Shown: positions 27,585 to 38,275 of the stretch, in pieces
Position numbering within the stretch: position 1 is the first letter of the stretch
Layout: each line of letters begins with the position of its first letter
Source: Phycisphaerae bacterium
GTDB taxonomy: Bacteria; Planctomycetota; Phycisphaerae; WQYP01
Length of the DNA: 44,022 nucleotides
Assembly: GCA_049965775.1 (NCBI GenBank)
Contig: JBMFVX010000003.1
Span: forward strand, 1 to 44,022
Direction: 5' to 3'
The notes under the pieces: generated by a model
Told to the model about the DNA's origin: nothing
Database searches by the model: none
What the model saw: the letters and a program-made list of their open reading frames with translations, nothing else
Translations under genes and position numbers: made by a program

Positions 27585-29405
27585 ATGAGCATGACAACGT
27601 CATACGCTTCGCAAGGCAGCGCACCGAACGGACGCTTGAACGATCCGGCTGACTGGCATATAGGCCATGGCTGGGCGCTGGCAATTATCGCGGCTTTTGC
27701 GCTGCCATTATATTTGATTTGTTTGGGCACCGGTCAAGCTCGCGACATGATGGAACTGTTTAACCTGGTGCCGGTGCGTGAGTGTTTTCGCGATCATCAT
27801 TGGCTGTTGCCGACATTGAACGGCTTCCCACGCATGCAGAAGCCGCCTTTGCCCGTGTGGATTCCGGCGGCTCTGGCGGAGCTGTTTCATAGCGACAACT
27901 TATGGGTGGTGCGCTTGCCTTCGGTGGTGCTGGGCCTGCTGACCTGCTGGGCCACCTACGGCATCGGCTGCTTTACAACCCGCGATCGGCGGCTGGGGCT
28001 GCTGGCGGCAGTCGTGTTGGCCAGCATGGTGGTGTTTGTGCGCCAGGCCAGGCTCGCGTCGTATGACATTTATTCGACGGCGTTTATCACGGTAGGCGTT
28101 TGGGCGCTGATGGGCATGATAGAGCAGGCACATCGCTGGTGGGCGTGGGCTGCTTTAGCCGGTATTGCCTTTGGGTTGGCGGTGCTGAGCAAAGGGCCGG
28201 TTCCGCCCGCTTATGTGTTGGTTCCGTTGGTGATTTGGATGCTCTGGTTTAGGCGGCGGCCCGCGAGCAACTGGTGGGGGCTGCTGGTGGCCGCTGTGGT
28301 ATCGGTGGTGGTATTTATGCCGTGGCTCGTCGCGGCCAATGCCCGCTACGAATCGCAGTATCATGCCAGCGGTTGGGCCGTGTGGATCAGCCAGTTTGTC
28401 AAATATGTCGCCCGGCCGGGGCGGCAATATACCGATACCCGCTGGTATTATTTTGGCATGCTGGCATGGGTGTTTCCGTGGACGCCGGCGTTGATAGGCG
28501 GTCTGGCCCTGCCGTTTTTACCGGTGCGGTCTGACCCGCCGCCGAGCCGGCAGGAATTGCAGGCCCGCTGGATGTTCTGGTTGGTGCTCATTTTGGGTTT
28601 GGCGTTTTTAACACTGCCCCATCAAAAGAAGCAGAGATATGCGTTGCAGCAGTTTCCTTTTGCGGCGCTGCTGGCTGCGGCTGTCTGGCAGGAGTTTGTG
28701 CGTTTGCGCCGCAGTGCGCCCATTGAGGCCGCCGCCAAGATTTTATTGGCATCGCAGGCCATTATCATGCTTGGTTTGGGCATTGGGTTGCTGGGTTTTA
28801 TTCCGGTGGTGCTGGCCTCACATGCCAAACCTCTTTATGAAGATCATTACACGCTTATGCAGCGCATTTACTTTTTGCGGCCGGCGCTCAATGTTTTGGG
28901 TGCGGCTGGCTGGGGTGCAGCGGCGGTTGGGTTTATCGTGCTGGGTGTGCGATTATGGAAGGATCAGTTTGGCCGCAGATTTGGCAACAGCTTTATATGG
29001 TATGCCGCGGGGGCATGGCTTCTTATGCTGACCACCACCTGGGCTTACAGGGCGGGTGCCGGCTATCAGGTCAGCCCTTACCGTGCGCCAGTACGGCAAC
29101 TTATGCAGGTGGCGCACCATGCCCCGGTGTATACCCTGCAGGGCGACACGCCCTGGCTCGGCACGCTTTATTATGCTGGCGAGATAATGCCATCGCTTTC
29201 GCGGGCACAACTGGAAGCCAAAATAAAGCAGCATACGCCCGTGTACGTGCTCACGCGCGATGCGGCGCCGTTTGCTCCGCGATTACAAAAGGCGTGTTCT
29301 CAAACACATGCAGAGGCACAAATAATAGATCGCATATTTGACGGCCATTACCACCAAACTCTCTACAAGATTACCCGAATCGCCGCAGCTGCGCAAAGGC
29401 CGTGA
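27585..29405 (+). CDS. ArnT/GT-C (GT39/83-like) integral membrane glycosyltransferase
   Basis: WLLPTLNG.PRMQKPPL..W, RLPS, LSKGP, FPW and KKQRY motifs; many TM helices. Confidence 0.88.
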   Translation: MSMTTSYASQGSAPNGRLNDPADWHIGHGWALAIIAAFALPLYLICLGTGQARDMMELFNLVPVRECFRDHHWLLPTLNGFPRMQKPPLPVWIPAALAELFHSDNLWVVRLPSVVLGLLTCWATYGIGCFTTRDRRLGLLAAVVLASMVVFVRQARLASYDIYSTAFITVGVWALMGMIEQAHRWWAWAALAGIAFGLAVLSKGPVPPAYVLVPLVIWMLWFRRRPASNWWGLLVAAVVSVVVFMPWLVAANARYESQYHASGWAVWISQFVKYVARPGRQYTDTRWYYFGMLAWVFPWTPALIGGLALPFLPVRSDPPPSRQELQARWMFWLVLILGLAFLTLPHQKKQRYALQQFPFAALLAAAVWQEFVRLRRSAPIEAAAKILLASQAIIMLGLGIGLLGFIPVVLASHAKPLYEDHYTLMQRIYFLRPALNVLGAAGWGAAAVGFIVLGVRLWKDQFGRRFGNSFIWYAAGAWLLMLTTTWAYRAGAGYQVSPYRAPVRQLMQVAHHAPVYTLQGDTPWLGTLYYAGEIMPSLSRAQLEAKIKQHTPVYVLTRDAAPFAPRLQKACSQTHAEAQIIDRIFDGHYHQTLYKITRIAAAAQRP

Positions 29406-29542
29406 TGATTAACTACCGAAGATGCGGGGTGCCGACCGCCGGTGCGTGCCGGGCTGTTTGCGTGGAATGTATTCATCGTTTCTACTTTCGTTTGAGTTGA
29501 TTCTGCATTATTGTGATGCTGGCTTTTAAAAGGAGTGTAAAG

Positions 29543-31162
29543 ATGGCTCTTAGCAATCGAGACCTTTGGCAGCGTTACCAAAAATATATCTGTGTGTGCC
29601 CCAAAATCGGCCTGACGCTTGATATAAGCCGTATGAACTTTTCGGACGGCTACATCAAAGACATGACCCCTCGTATGCAGGCGGCCTTCAACGCCATGGA
29701 AGCTTTGGAAAAAGGCGCCATCGCCAACGCCGACGAAAAACGCATGGTGGGCCATTACTGGCTGCGCGATGCCAAACTGGCTCCAACACCCGAAATAACC
29801 GCCGAAATCGAACAGACGCTGGAAGCGATTAAAAGCTTTGCTCGCGATGTAGCCAAAGGCGTGGTGCGGGCCTCCAACGGGAAAAAGTTTACCGACCTGC
29901 TGGTAATCGGCATCGGCGGTTCAGCGCTTGGACCGCAGTTTGTGGCCAACGCATTAGGCTCCGGACGCGACCGATTGGCGGTGCATTTTTTTGACAACAC
30001 CGACCCCGATGGCATGGATGTGGTCTTGCGTGCGGTTGGCCGCAATATCGCGCGGACTCTGGTGGTCGTTATTAGCAAGTCTGGCGGCACCAAAGAGACT
30101 CGCAACGGCATGCTTGCGGCGCAGAGGGCATTTGCGTCGGCTGGTGTGGCCTTTGCGCCGCATGCCGTGGCTGTTACAGGAGCTGACAGTGAGCTTGATA
30201 AAACCGCAACAGCCCAGGGCTGGCTTAAGCGATTTCCCATGTGGGATTGGGTTGGCGGCCGTACGAGTGAACTATCGGCGGTAGGTCTGCTGCCGGCGGC
30301 TCTGCAGGGCATTAACATTGATCAATTGCTCGCCGGCGCTCGCGATGCCGACATTGTCACGCGCAAAGCCGATGTGCTTGCCAACCCGGCCGCACTGCTG
30401 GCGCTGATGTGGTACTACGCCGGCGAAGGCCGTGGCCGCAAGGACATGGTTGTGCTGCCCTATAAAGACCGGCTGCTGCTGCTAAGCAAATACCTGCAGC
30501 AGCTGGTGATGGAATCGCTGGGCAAACAACTTGACCGCAGCGGACAGGTGGTGCATCAAGGCATTGCCGTTTATGGCAACAAAGGTTCGACCGACCAGCA
30601 TGCCTATGTGCAGCAACTGCGCGAAGGCGTGAATAACTTTTTTGTAACGTTTATTGAAGTGCTGGAAGACCGGGCCTTTGCCGACCATAAAGAGTCGGTT
30701 TGTGATCTTGAGGTTGAGCCACAGGTGCGCAGCGGCGATTATTTAAGCGGCTTTTTTCAAGGTACGCGCCGGGCGCTTTACGAAAACCAGCGCGAAAGCA
30801 TTACGATAACAGTTAGCGATGTCAGCCCGCGGAGCGTAGGCGTGCTGATTGCACTGTTTGAGCGGGCGGTGGGGCTGTATGCCGAACTGATCAATATTAA
30901 CGCCTACCATCAGCCGGGTGTTGAAGCCGGTAAAAAGGCGGCGGGTGCCGTGCTGTCGCTGCAGGCGAAAGTGCAGAAGCACATGGCGGCCGGTGGTGCA
31001 GGCACCGCCGAGCAGATCGCCCATGCCATTGACGCCGCTGATGAGGTTGAAACCGTATTTCATATATTGCGGCATCTCGCGGCCAACGAAGGCCGCGGCG
31101 TTGCGGGCAAGCCCATTAAGGCTATTTATGATACGGTGTTTGAGGCATCATCCGGCTCCTGA
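29543..31162 (+). CDS. pgi: Glucose-6-phosphate isomerase
   Basis: [34 protein letters not shown] and QPGVEAGK motifs. Confidence 0.96.
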   Translation: MALSNRDLWQRYQKYICVCPKIGLTLDISRMNFSDGYIKDMTPRMQAAFNAMEALEKGAIANADEKRMVGHYWLRDAKLAPTPEITAEIEQTLEAIKSFARDVAKGVVRASNGKKFTDLLVIGIGGSALGPQFVANALGSGRDRLAVHFFDNTDPDGMDVVLRAVGRNIARTLVVVISKSGGTKETRNGMLAAQRAFASAGVAFAPHAVAVTGADSELDKTATAQGWLKRFPMWDWVGGRTSELSAVGLLPAALQGINIDQLLAGARDADIVTRKADVLANPAALLALMWYYAGEGRGRKDMVVLPYKDRLLLLSKYLQQLVMESLGKQLDRSGQVVHQGIAVYGNKGSTDQHAYVQQLREGVNNFFVTFIEVLEDRAFADHKESVCDLEVEPQVRSGDYLSGFFQGTRRALYENQRESITITVSDVSPRSVGVLIALFERAVGLYAELININAYHQPGVEAGKKAAGAVLSLQAKVQKHMAAGGAGTAEQIAHAIDAADEVETVFHILRHLAANEGRGVAGKPIKAIYDTVFEASSGS

Positions 31163-31213
31163 TTCGGGCGATGGTAACTTTGCAGAATCGGCGGGAGTTT
31201 GCACGGTGCATGC

Positions 31214-31945
31214 TCATCGGCCAATGGCATAACGGCGAGGCGACGCCAGCGCCGTGAACAACTGCTTGAGATATTCGCCGCAATAGATCGCTGCGCCCAG
31301 CGACGTGTAACGCCAGGACTCCCCCTGGGCGTCAAGATAATAGGCTCGCCGGCGCTCAACCATCATGGCTCGCTGCCGCTGGAGCACGTCGTTGATGGTC
31401 TCAAGCGAAGTGTCGGCGGGCCACGGAGGAGGAGATGCATATTTGCTGAGTTTGGCCAAGCGGCTCTGATGAAAAGTGTAGAGACGTTCGAAGGTGGCCC
31501 CTACGTAGCGGCCGACGTGTAACAGCCCCGATAGGTCATACCAACTGCTGTCATCGGTGGTGACCACATAGCGATCGTCGGGGAGCTTGGAATACAGCCA
31601 CGTGCGTTGCTGGGGTATATTAAAAACCCTGGCCTCGCCGACCACGGCGCAGGTGAGGCAATCGGGCGAGAGCCAGCAAAGGAGCTGTGCGCGAACCGCC
31701 TTGGAAATTTGTACACCAGCGCTTTTGGGGGCAAAGTTTTGCGCCAGAAGCGCCCGCGACATGGATGCGGCATACTGACCGATATCGAGGGCCGTGTTAT
31801 CGCCCACCGGTTGATATGGCCGGGAGGCGCGGCGCTCCAAACGGCACGCCAGAAAAATTGGCACGGTCATGACCGTCGGAAAAGCCAACGGTATCGCCAG
31901 CAGCCACAGCCGGGATAATGGCTCATTATGCGGCGCATTATGCAT
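31214..31945 (-). CDS. Hypothetical protein with N-terminal membrane anchor
   Basis: 243-aa ORF filling the gap between pgi and hisC, with an AAGGA RBS and a hydrophobic N-terminus. Confidence 0.6.
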   Translation of the reverse strand: MHNAPHNEPLSRLWLLAIPLAFPTVMTVPIFLACRLERRASRPYQPVGDNTALDIGQYAASMSRALLAQNFAPKSAGVQISKAVRAQLLCWLSPDCLTCAVVGEARVFNIPQQRTWLYSKLPDDRYVVTTDDSSWYDLSGLLHVGRYVGATFERLYTFHQSRLAKLSKYASPPPWPADTSLETINDVLQRQRAMMVERRRAYYLDAQGESWRYTSLGAAIYCGEYLKQLFTALASPRRYAIGR

Positions 31946-32184
31946 GGCAATGTTCCTTTACACGAACGCGGAGGGGCGGCCACAGAAGAAGCTGCCGATT
32001 CGGCCGATGCTGACGTCGTTGGCCGCGATAGTATCGGTGTTTTGGTGGCTCGGCAAGCGTAGCATCGCCAGGATCGCTGTCTGAAAAGCGAGTGTGCCGA
32101 CGACGCCATCTTCCGCAATCATTACGCCGCCTTTATACTGCCGTGGATGAATGCCGGTCGGTCTAGACATTTAGGGATCAGGCT

Positions 32185-33240
32185 ATGAGTTTGGTGCGCA
32201 GCAACATTGGAGCCATGCACGGGTATACGCCCGGCGAGCAGCCGGGTGATGTATCGGTTATTAAGCTTAATACCAACGAAAATCCGTATCCGCCATCGCC
32301 CAAGGCTATCGAGGCCATACGGCAGGTTATGCCGGAGCAACTTCGACGTTATCCCAACCCGGATGCCCGGGCATTTAGGTTGGCGGCCGCAAAGGTGCAT
32401 GGTGTCTCACCGGATATGATTATTGCCACCAACGGCGGTGACGAATTATTAAGCATTGTGGTGCGAGCGTGCATCGGCGAAAACGACACCATCGCCTGGC
32501 TTGAGCCGGGCTACTCGCTCTACCCGGTGCTTGCGGCCATGCAGGCTGCCCGACCCCTGCCAGTGCAATATGAAGTTCAGGGCAACGAGTGGAAATTGCC
32601 CAAGGGGCTGGCGGGCATCAATGCCAGGCTCTTGCTGATTGTGAATCCGAATGCGCCATCCGGCACACTGACGCCGGTCGAGCAACTATCGGAATTGGCG
32701 GCTGGTTTTGGCGGACTGCTGCTGGTGGATGAAGCTTATGTGGATTTTGCCCCGCAAAACGCTCTGCCTTTGCTGCAGCGGCACAGCAACGTCATTTTGC
32801 TACGGTCCATGTCGAAGGGTTATGGCTTGGCGGGGCTGCGCTTTGGTTACGGCATCGCGCAGCCGGGGCTAATCGCCGAATTGAATAAGGTTCGTGACAG
32901 TTACCCCTGCGATGCCTTGGCGATAGCCGCAGCCACCGCCGCCCTGCAAGATCAGCCCTATGCCCAAAGCACCTGGCAAAGGGTCATTGCCGAGCGGGAA
33001 GCCTTGACGCAAAAGCTGCGAGCAAAGGGCTTTGACATTCCATCGAGCCACAGCAACTTCATTCTAGCAACTGTGCCAGCCGGCCGGGATGCCGCGGTGC
33101 TTTATCAGCAGCTTAAGGACCGCAATATTCTGGTGCGCTATTTTGCGCTGCCCGGGCTGCTGGATAAGCTGCGTATAACAATCGGCACACCAGAACAAAA
33201 CAACGCCTTGGCAGCGGCTATAACATTTCTGCTGTCGTAA
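32185..33240 (+). CDS. hisC: Histidinol-phosphate aminotransferase
   Basis: KLNTNENPY, NPNAPSG, VDEAY and RSMSKGYGLAGLRFG motifs. Confidence 0.95.
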   Translation: MSLVRSNIGAMHGYTPGEQPGDVSVIKLNTNENPYPPSPKAIEAIRQVMPEQLRRYPNPDARAFRLAAAKVHGVSPDMIIATNGGDELLSIVVRACIGENDTIAWLEPGYSLYPVLAAMQAARPLPVQYEVQGNEWKLPKGLAGINARLLLIVNPNAPSGTLTPVEQLSELAAGFGGLLLVDEAYVDFAPQNALPLLQRHSNVILLRSMSKGYGLAGLRFGYGIAQPGLIAELNKVRDSYPCDALAIAAATAALQDQPYAQSTWQRVIAEREALTQKLRAKGFDIPSSHSNFILATVPAGRDAAVLYQQLKDRNILVRYFALPGLLDKLRITIGTPEQNNALAAAITFLLS

Positions 33241-33480
33241 ATATTTAGTGTGCGAGCAAGACGTTGCGCAACGACCTGTTTACCAAAGAGTTCGCCGAGG
33301 GCGCGGAGATTTTCTTTTTATCACGATCCTGATCACACACGGAACAACGGCCGCCGGGGTGACCGGTTTAAGGGCGCGATTGCACATTGACGGTGCGGCC
33401 GCGGTACAAAAATGTGCCGGTGGATATGACGACAGGTTGCACACTGCGAATTAGCACGGGGCCTGCCGCAGAGGAGCAAA

Positions 33481-35382
33481 TTAGTTGGTTGCCTGGAGTC
33501 GCTGGTATCGGGCCAGTGCTGTAAGAGGGAAATAGAGGCGGTAGAGATGGTACTTAAGGTAAAAAACCCGGGGAAAGCCGGTACCGGTGAACCAAGGCTC
33601 ATCCCAGTCGCCTTCGGGGGTTTGGTTTTCGACGAGCCAGTTGATAGCGCGCACAACGGCCGGGTCTTGAGCACCGGCGACGGCCATAAGGCCCATGGCA
33701 CCCCATGCGGTTTGGGAAGGGGTGCTTGGGCCGCGGCCCTTGAGTTCGGGGTTGTCGTAGGTTTGGCACGATTCGCCCCAACTGCCATCGGGCTTTTGGC
33801 AGGAGCGCAGCCAGTCGGCAGCGCGGCGGATGAATCGTTGATCCATCGGCTCGCCAACACTTCGCAGGCCGGTCAACACCTGCCAGGTGCCGTAGATGTA
33901 ATTAACACCCCAGCGACCAAACCAGCAGCCCTCCTTTTCCTGCGTTTCTTTCAGAAAGCTAACGGCTTTTCGGACGGCGGGATGGTCGTATTTTAAACCG
34001 TTGTGGCCCAGACACTCGAGCGTGCGGCCGGCGATGTCGGGGCATGAAGGGTCTTGAATGGCATTATGGTCGGCGAAGGGCACATGCTCGAGAATGGGGC
34101 GGCTGCGGGTGCGGTCGAACGCGGCCCAACCGCCGTCATCATTTTGCATGGCCAGCAGCCAATTGACGCCGCGTTTAACGGCAGCAGCGGCGGTTGGCCC
34201 GCCGGCGCGCTTGAGCGCCATGGCGACCATGGCGGTGTCGTCCACATCCGGATAGTGGGGATTTTCGAACTCAAAAAACCATCCGCTCGGTTCAACATCA
34301 GGACAGTTTTTGGTCCAGTCGCTGCCGATGCGACATTCTTTGGCAAGCAGCCACTGGGCGGCTTTTTTGGCGACAGGATCGTCGGGTGAAATTTGCGCCT
34401 CAGCCAATGCATGCAAGGCGATGCCGGTATCCCAGACCGGCGACCAACAGGGCTGAATACGAATGGTATCGCCATCGCGAATAAAGAGGTCTTTGAGATC
34501 GCGATGAGCCTTTTGAACCACAGGGTGGTTGTCGCTATAGCCTAAAATGCGAAGCACAATGAGGATATAAACCATAGGCGGAAAAATGGCTCCGAGGCCT
34601 TCCGAACCTTCCAAATGTTCGAGCAGCCATTTCTCGGCTTCGCGAATGGCGCGCGGCCGCAGGGGCGTAACGGCTGTTTTTTCGTAGCGTTTAAGTGAGA
34701 GGTCTATGAGCAGAAACATCTCGCGCCAGCTTCGGGGGAGGCCTTTTAGTTTGCCGGCGGCACTGTTGGCGGCGGCTATGTCGTTGAAGAGTTCCAAGAT
34801 GCCCTGTTCGGGAGCGAGCTTGCGCACGGGCCGAAATGCGCTGACAATAGCCAGCGGCAAAATCATGGTGCGGCTCCAGGCGGAGACGGCATATAGATTA
34901 AAATAAATCCATTTGGGAATAAGGATAATTTCAGGAGGGATGCTGGGGCAGGCATCGTAGCTTATTTGGCCAAGTGCGGCGAGGTAAAACTTGGTAAAGC
35001 TGTTGCATAGCTCCGCACCGCCAAGCTTTCGGACAACATCGCGTGCAACCCGCATGTGAGGGGCATCTACATCGTCGCCAAGGAGTTTGAGGGCAAAGTA
35101 AGCCTTGACGGTTCCCGCCAAATCACTTGGACCACCGGGAAAAAGCGTCCAACCGCCGTCAGCTTGCTGCAGGCTGCGGAGATAATTGGCAATAAGAGGA
35201 AGGTCGGGATCACTTTCCTGTTCGAGGATGAATTTCAGAAGAATGTATTCGGATTCAAGGATACTATCGCCTTGGAGCTCGCCTACCCAATATCCTTTGG
35301 GGTGCTGCTTGCGGAGCAGTGCATCTTGAGCTAGTTGCAGTGCGCGTATGGTGGATTTGCCTTCAGACAGCGTGGATGGCAT
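33481..35382 (-). CDS. shc: Squalene-hopene cyclase
   Basis: YPDVDDTA (DXDD), repeated QW motifs, WFGRWGVNYIYGTW and TGTGFPRVFYLKY. Start at 35382 after GAGG; 35469 is an alternative. Confidence 0.96.
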   Translation of the reverse strand: MPSTLSEGKSTIRALQLAQDALLRKQHPKGYWVGELQGDSILESEYILLKFILEQESDPDLPLIANYLRSLQQADGGWTLFPGGPSDLAGTVKAYFALKLLGDDVDAPHMRVARDVVRKLGGAELCNSFTKFYLAALGQISYDACPSIPPEIILIPKWIYFNLYAVSAWSRTMILPLAIVSAFRPVRKLAPEQGILELFNDIAAANSAAGKLKGLPRSWREMFLLIDLSLKRYEKTAVTPLRPRAIREAEKWLLEHLEGSEGLGAIFPPMVYILIVLRILGYSDNHPVVQKAHRDLKDLFIRDGDTIRIQPCWSPVWDTGIALHALAEAQISPDDPVAKKAAQWLLAKECRIGSDWTKNCPDVEPSGWFFEFENPHYPDVDDTAMVAMALKRAGGPTAAAAVKRGVNWLLAMQNDDGGWAAFDRTRSRPILEHVPFADHNAIQDPSCPDIAGRTLECLGHNGLKYDHPAVRKAVSFLKETQEKEGCWFGRWGVNYIYGTWQVLTGLRSVGEPMDQRFIRRAADWLRSCQKPDGSWGESCQTYDNPELKGRGPSTPSQTAWGAMGLMAVAGAQDPAVVRAINWLVENQTPEGDWDEPWFTGTGFPRVFYLKYHLYRLYFPLTALARYQRLQATN

Positions 35383-35666
35383 TGGTTCTAGCCTCGGAGA
35401 AATTTCGGGAAAACGAACATCGGCAAAGCGTGGGGCGACATCAGCGCGATATACATCAATCCGGTCCATAATGAAGGCTTTTTCCCAGATTTAGGCCCAT
35501 TTGCAGGGCGGTTCTCATCTTATTACCAAATGCCCCAAACGGCTAACGTGACCCACCCGCGAAACTGATAAAAGGTTAGCAGAAGTTTAATGAGGCGGCA
35601 ACATAAAATGAGCCGAACGTCTGGCCTGGTGGCGACCTATAAATCTGGCGATGGGCGGCGAAACGG

Positions 35667-36506
35667 CTATTTGAATTTGAGCTTTACAAGCGACGGATCA
35701 CTTTGCGGTCGCGGCTGCGGGTTCATATCGCAAAGGGTGTCGTAGACGATGCGAGCCACATGATAGTCGCGTACCCATTTATGGTTTGATGGCACGATGT
35801 ACCAGGGGGCGTGCGACGTTGAGGTATTGGAGATGGCCTTTTCGTAGGCTCGCTGGTATTGGTCCCAAAATGGCCGCTCGGTAAAGTCGGCTTTGGAGAG
35901 CTTCCAGTTTTTTGTCGAATCCTGCTGTCGGGCCAAGAAGCGAAGTTTTTGCTCCTGCTTCGAAATATGCAGGAAAAACTTGATAACGCGGGTGTTGGTT
36001 TGAACCAGCAGACGCTCAAAGTCATTAATTCTAATAAATCGGTCGCGCCAGATATGCTTATGGTGTTGGAGATACGGTGGCAAAAGGTGATCGGCATGAA
36101 CTCGCGCAATGAGTACATCTTCATAATGCGAGCGGTTAAAAATGCCCAGCGAACCACGGGGTGGAACGGCTTTGTGTATACGCCATAAGAAATCGTGTTG
36201 CCGTTCAAGTTCGCTGGGCGACTTGAAGCTTACGGCATGCACGCCCATGGGGTTTACATGGTCAAAGACCCGGCGAATGGTGCCGTCTTTGCCTGCGGTA
36301 TCCATACCTTGCAGCACAACGAGCAGTGCCTGGGTGCCTTGCGCATAGAGCAGGCTCTGCAGTTCACCAATTTGCCGTGTGTACTTTTCGGTATGCTGGT
36401 GGGTGGTTGGTTCATCCCAAAAGCCGCTTTTGTCGGCTGGGTTATAATCGGCGAGCTTTATTGAGCTGCCTTGGCTTACGGGATTGAGCTTGCTGGGTTT
36501 GGCCAT
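35667..36506 (-). CDS. ppk2: Polyphosphate kinase 2 family (polyP:nucleotide phosphotransferase)
   Basis: QGMDTAGKDGTI, HDFLWR, FNRSHYEDVL, KFFLHISK and APWY motifs. Confidence 0.93.
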   Translation of the reverse strand: MAKPSKLNPVSQGSSIKLADYNPADKSGFWDEPTTHQHTEKYTRQIGELQSLLYAQGTQALLVVLQGMDTAGKDGTIRRVFDHVNPMGVHAVSFKSPSELERQHDFLWRIHKAVPPRGSLGIFNRSHYEDVLIARVHADHLLPPYLQHHKHIWRDRFIRINDFERLLVQTNTRVIKFFLHISKQEQKLRFLARQQDSTKNWKLSKADFTERPFWDQYQRAYEKAISNTSTSHAPWYIVPSNHKWVRDYHVARIVYDTLCDMNPQPRPQSDPSLVKLKFK

Positions 36507-36549
36507 AAAAAATTCCTTTGTTGCCATAGGGCATTTCTCGATGCTTACC

Positions 36550-37359
36550 TTATGAGAGTTCCAGATAGCGACATTTACGGTGGATTTTGATCAGATCATG
36601 TTTGTGCAGCAGATCAAAGAAGGTTTCAATGCCGGTGCGGCAGGCGGGCGTGACGACATATTTTAAATAAGTTGTAAAGTAATCGAACGCCAGATCGGCC
36701 GGCCAGCGTCGTTCGGCGGCGTAGCGTGCCACGAGATCGTTTGTCATGTGAGCGCCATCCGCGCGGGCCTTTTGGAGAATGTCGGCCAGGGTTGGATCGC
36801 ATCTGTCGGACGGCATCATCCACATGGCAAATACAAAAGGTAATCCGGTATGGAGCTTCCATTGCTCGCCCAAATCAAGCTGCCATGGATAGGTCCCCGC
36901 CGGAGGCGCGGCATTGATGACCTTGTCGCCGATTAAAAGCACGGCTTGGGCTGGCAGTGCGCTGCTGCTGTTGTCATACATATTGGTGGGCACAATAGCG
37001 GGTGTATTGTGGTAGAACTCGCGGAGAATGACCTGTGCCAGAAGAACGCTTGTGTGGCTGTCGGCATCGGCGTGAATCTGGGTAATGTTTTCGGGCGGAA
37101 CATGCGAATACAGTCGTACCGTGAGCGTTGGGCCATCACAACCGATAGCTCCGGCCGGCACCAGCAGCAGTTCTCGCGGCAGAAGTTGGTAGTCCACAAC
37201 GGGCAGCAGGGCCGCGTCAACGAGGTTGTTTTCAATCATGGCTCCGAGGGCGCTGGGTACCGCAAAATGAACGGTGATATTGTCGCGGCCCATCAGCGGC
37301 TCAATGAGCGGCTTGGAATTAAGGTAGGATACGCAGCCAACGTTAAAGTGCTTTGTCAA
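36550..37359 (-). CDS. mqnA: Chorismate dehydratase (futalosine menaquinone pathway)
   Basis: VGCVSYLNSKPL, SHTSVLL, LLIGD and DLGEQW...TGLPFVFAMW motifs. TTG start after GAAGGA. Confidence 0.9.
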   Translation of the reverse strand: MTKHFNVGCVSYLNSKPLIEPLMGRDNITVHFAVPSALGAMIENNLVDAALLPVVDYQLLPRELLLVPAGAIGCDGPTLTVRLYSHVPPENITQIHADADSHTSVLLAQVILREFYHNTPAIVPTNMYDNSSSALPAQAVLLIGDKVINAAPPAGTYPWQLDLGEQWKLHTGLPFVFAMWMMPSDRCDPTLADILQKARADGAHMTNDLVARYAAERRWPADLAFDYFTTYLKYVVTPACRTGIETFFDLLHKHDLIKIHRKCRYLELS

Positions 37360-37415
37360 TGTTATATAAATCCTTCTGACTGATGCCTCGAAACTTTTCA
37401 GAAGCGTTGCGGCCA

Positions 37416-38096
37416 TCAGGACCGCAATCGCAGCAGTACATGAGAGCCGGCCTTTACATGGTCGCCGATGTTGACAGCTACTTCCCACCGATCGGGGTTG
37501 GGAACGATCAATTCGGTTCGGCTGCCAAAAGCAATCATCCCGAATAACTGACCGCGATGTAACGATGCGCCGGAGGTGACGGGGCAGATGATGCGCCGCG
37601 CAATAGCGCCGACAATTTGTCGCACAACCGCAATAGGTTCGTGGCCGGGGCTTGTGGGCGGCGCGCTTATCAGCACCAGCGTATTAGATTGATTCCGCAG
37701 GCCCGATTGCGGGTGGCGAGCATCGAGAAACATGCCCGGTTCAAAGAGTGTTTTAAGTACGTAGCCATCACATGGACTGCGATTAACATGAACATCCAGG
37801 ACGCTTAAGAATATGCCGATGCGTAGCGCCGGCCCGGTTAGAATAGGATGATGGTCGAGCCGCGTGATTTCGGTGATTCGGCCATCGGCTGGAGACACCA
37901 TAAGGCCTGGCGCGGCGGGAATGGTTCGGGGTAAATCTCGGAAGAATGCGAGACATGCCAGGAGAACAACGGCCAGGAGTATTGCCGCAGGCCAGTAAAT
38001 AAGCAGCAGCATGCCGCCGACAACCAGCCCGGTCACGATCATCGGGAGCCAAAAAGTCCAACCGAGTGGTGTAATAAGAAAGCTCTTTGGGGCCAT
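37416..38096 (-). CDS. psd: Phosphatidylserine decarboxylase (short type)
   Basis: FFRD, VSPADG, IFLSVLDVHVNRSP, GAIARRI and FGSR cleavage motifs. Confidence 0.92.
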   Translation of the reverse strand: MAPKSFLITPLGWTFWLPMIVTGLVVGGMLLLIYWPAAILLAVVLLACLAFFRDLPRTIPAAPGLMVSPADGRITEITRLDHHPILTGPALRIGIFLSVLDVHVNRSPCDGYVLKTLFEPGMFLDARHPQSGLRNQSNTLVLISAPPTSPGHEPIAVVRQIVGAIARRIICPVTSGASLHRGQLFGMIAFGSRTELIVPNPDRWEVAVNIGDHVKAGSHVLLRLRS

Positions 38097-38275
38097 AGTT
38101 TCCTCTTAATGCCAGCCAGCTTGGATGATAACGCTTTGAGGCGCAGTCTGGTAGTTATGAGTTTGCGGGGGCCGCCAATAAAAAAGGTGCCCTCGGAAGA
38201 AAGGGTTGTATTGCGGCGGCAGAAAATATTCGCGGCTGATGTTAAACTTTGCAGGAGTAACGCATTGAACCATGG

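Noticed and set aside
31958-32170. 70-aa minus-strand ORF upstream of hisC
   Set aside because: No motif, and it starts only 14 bp from the divergent hisC start, leaving no promoter space. Unsupported.
33290-33345. CGCCGAGGGCGCGGAG motif between hisC and shc resembling the 5.3-5.8 kb repeats
   Set aside because: It is a single short degenerate match and could arise by chance in GC-rich DNA.
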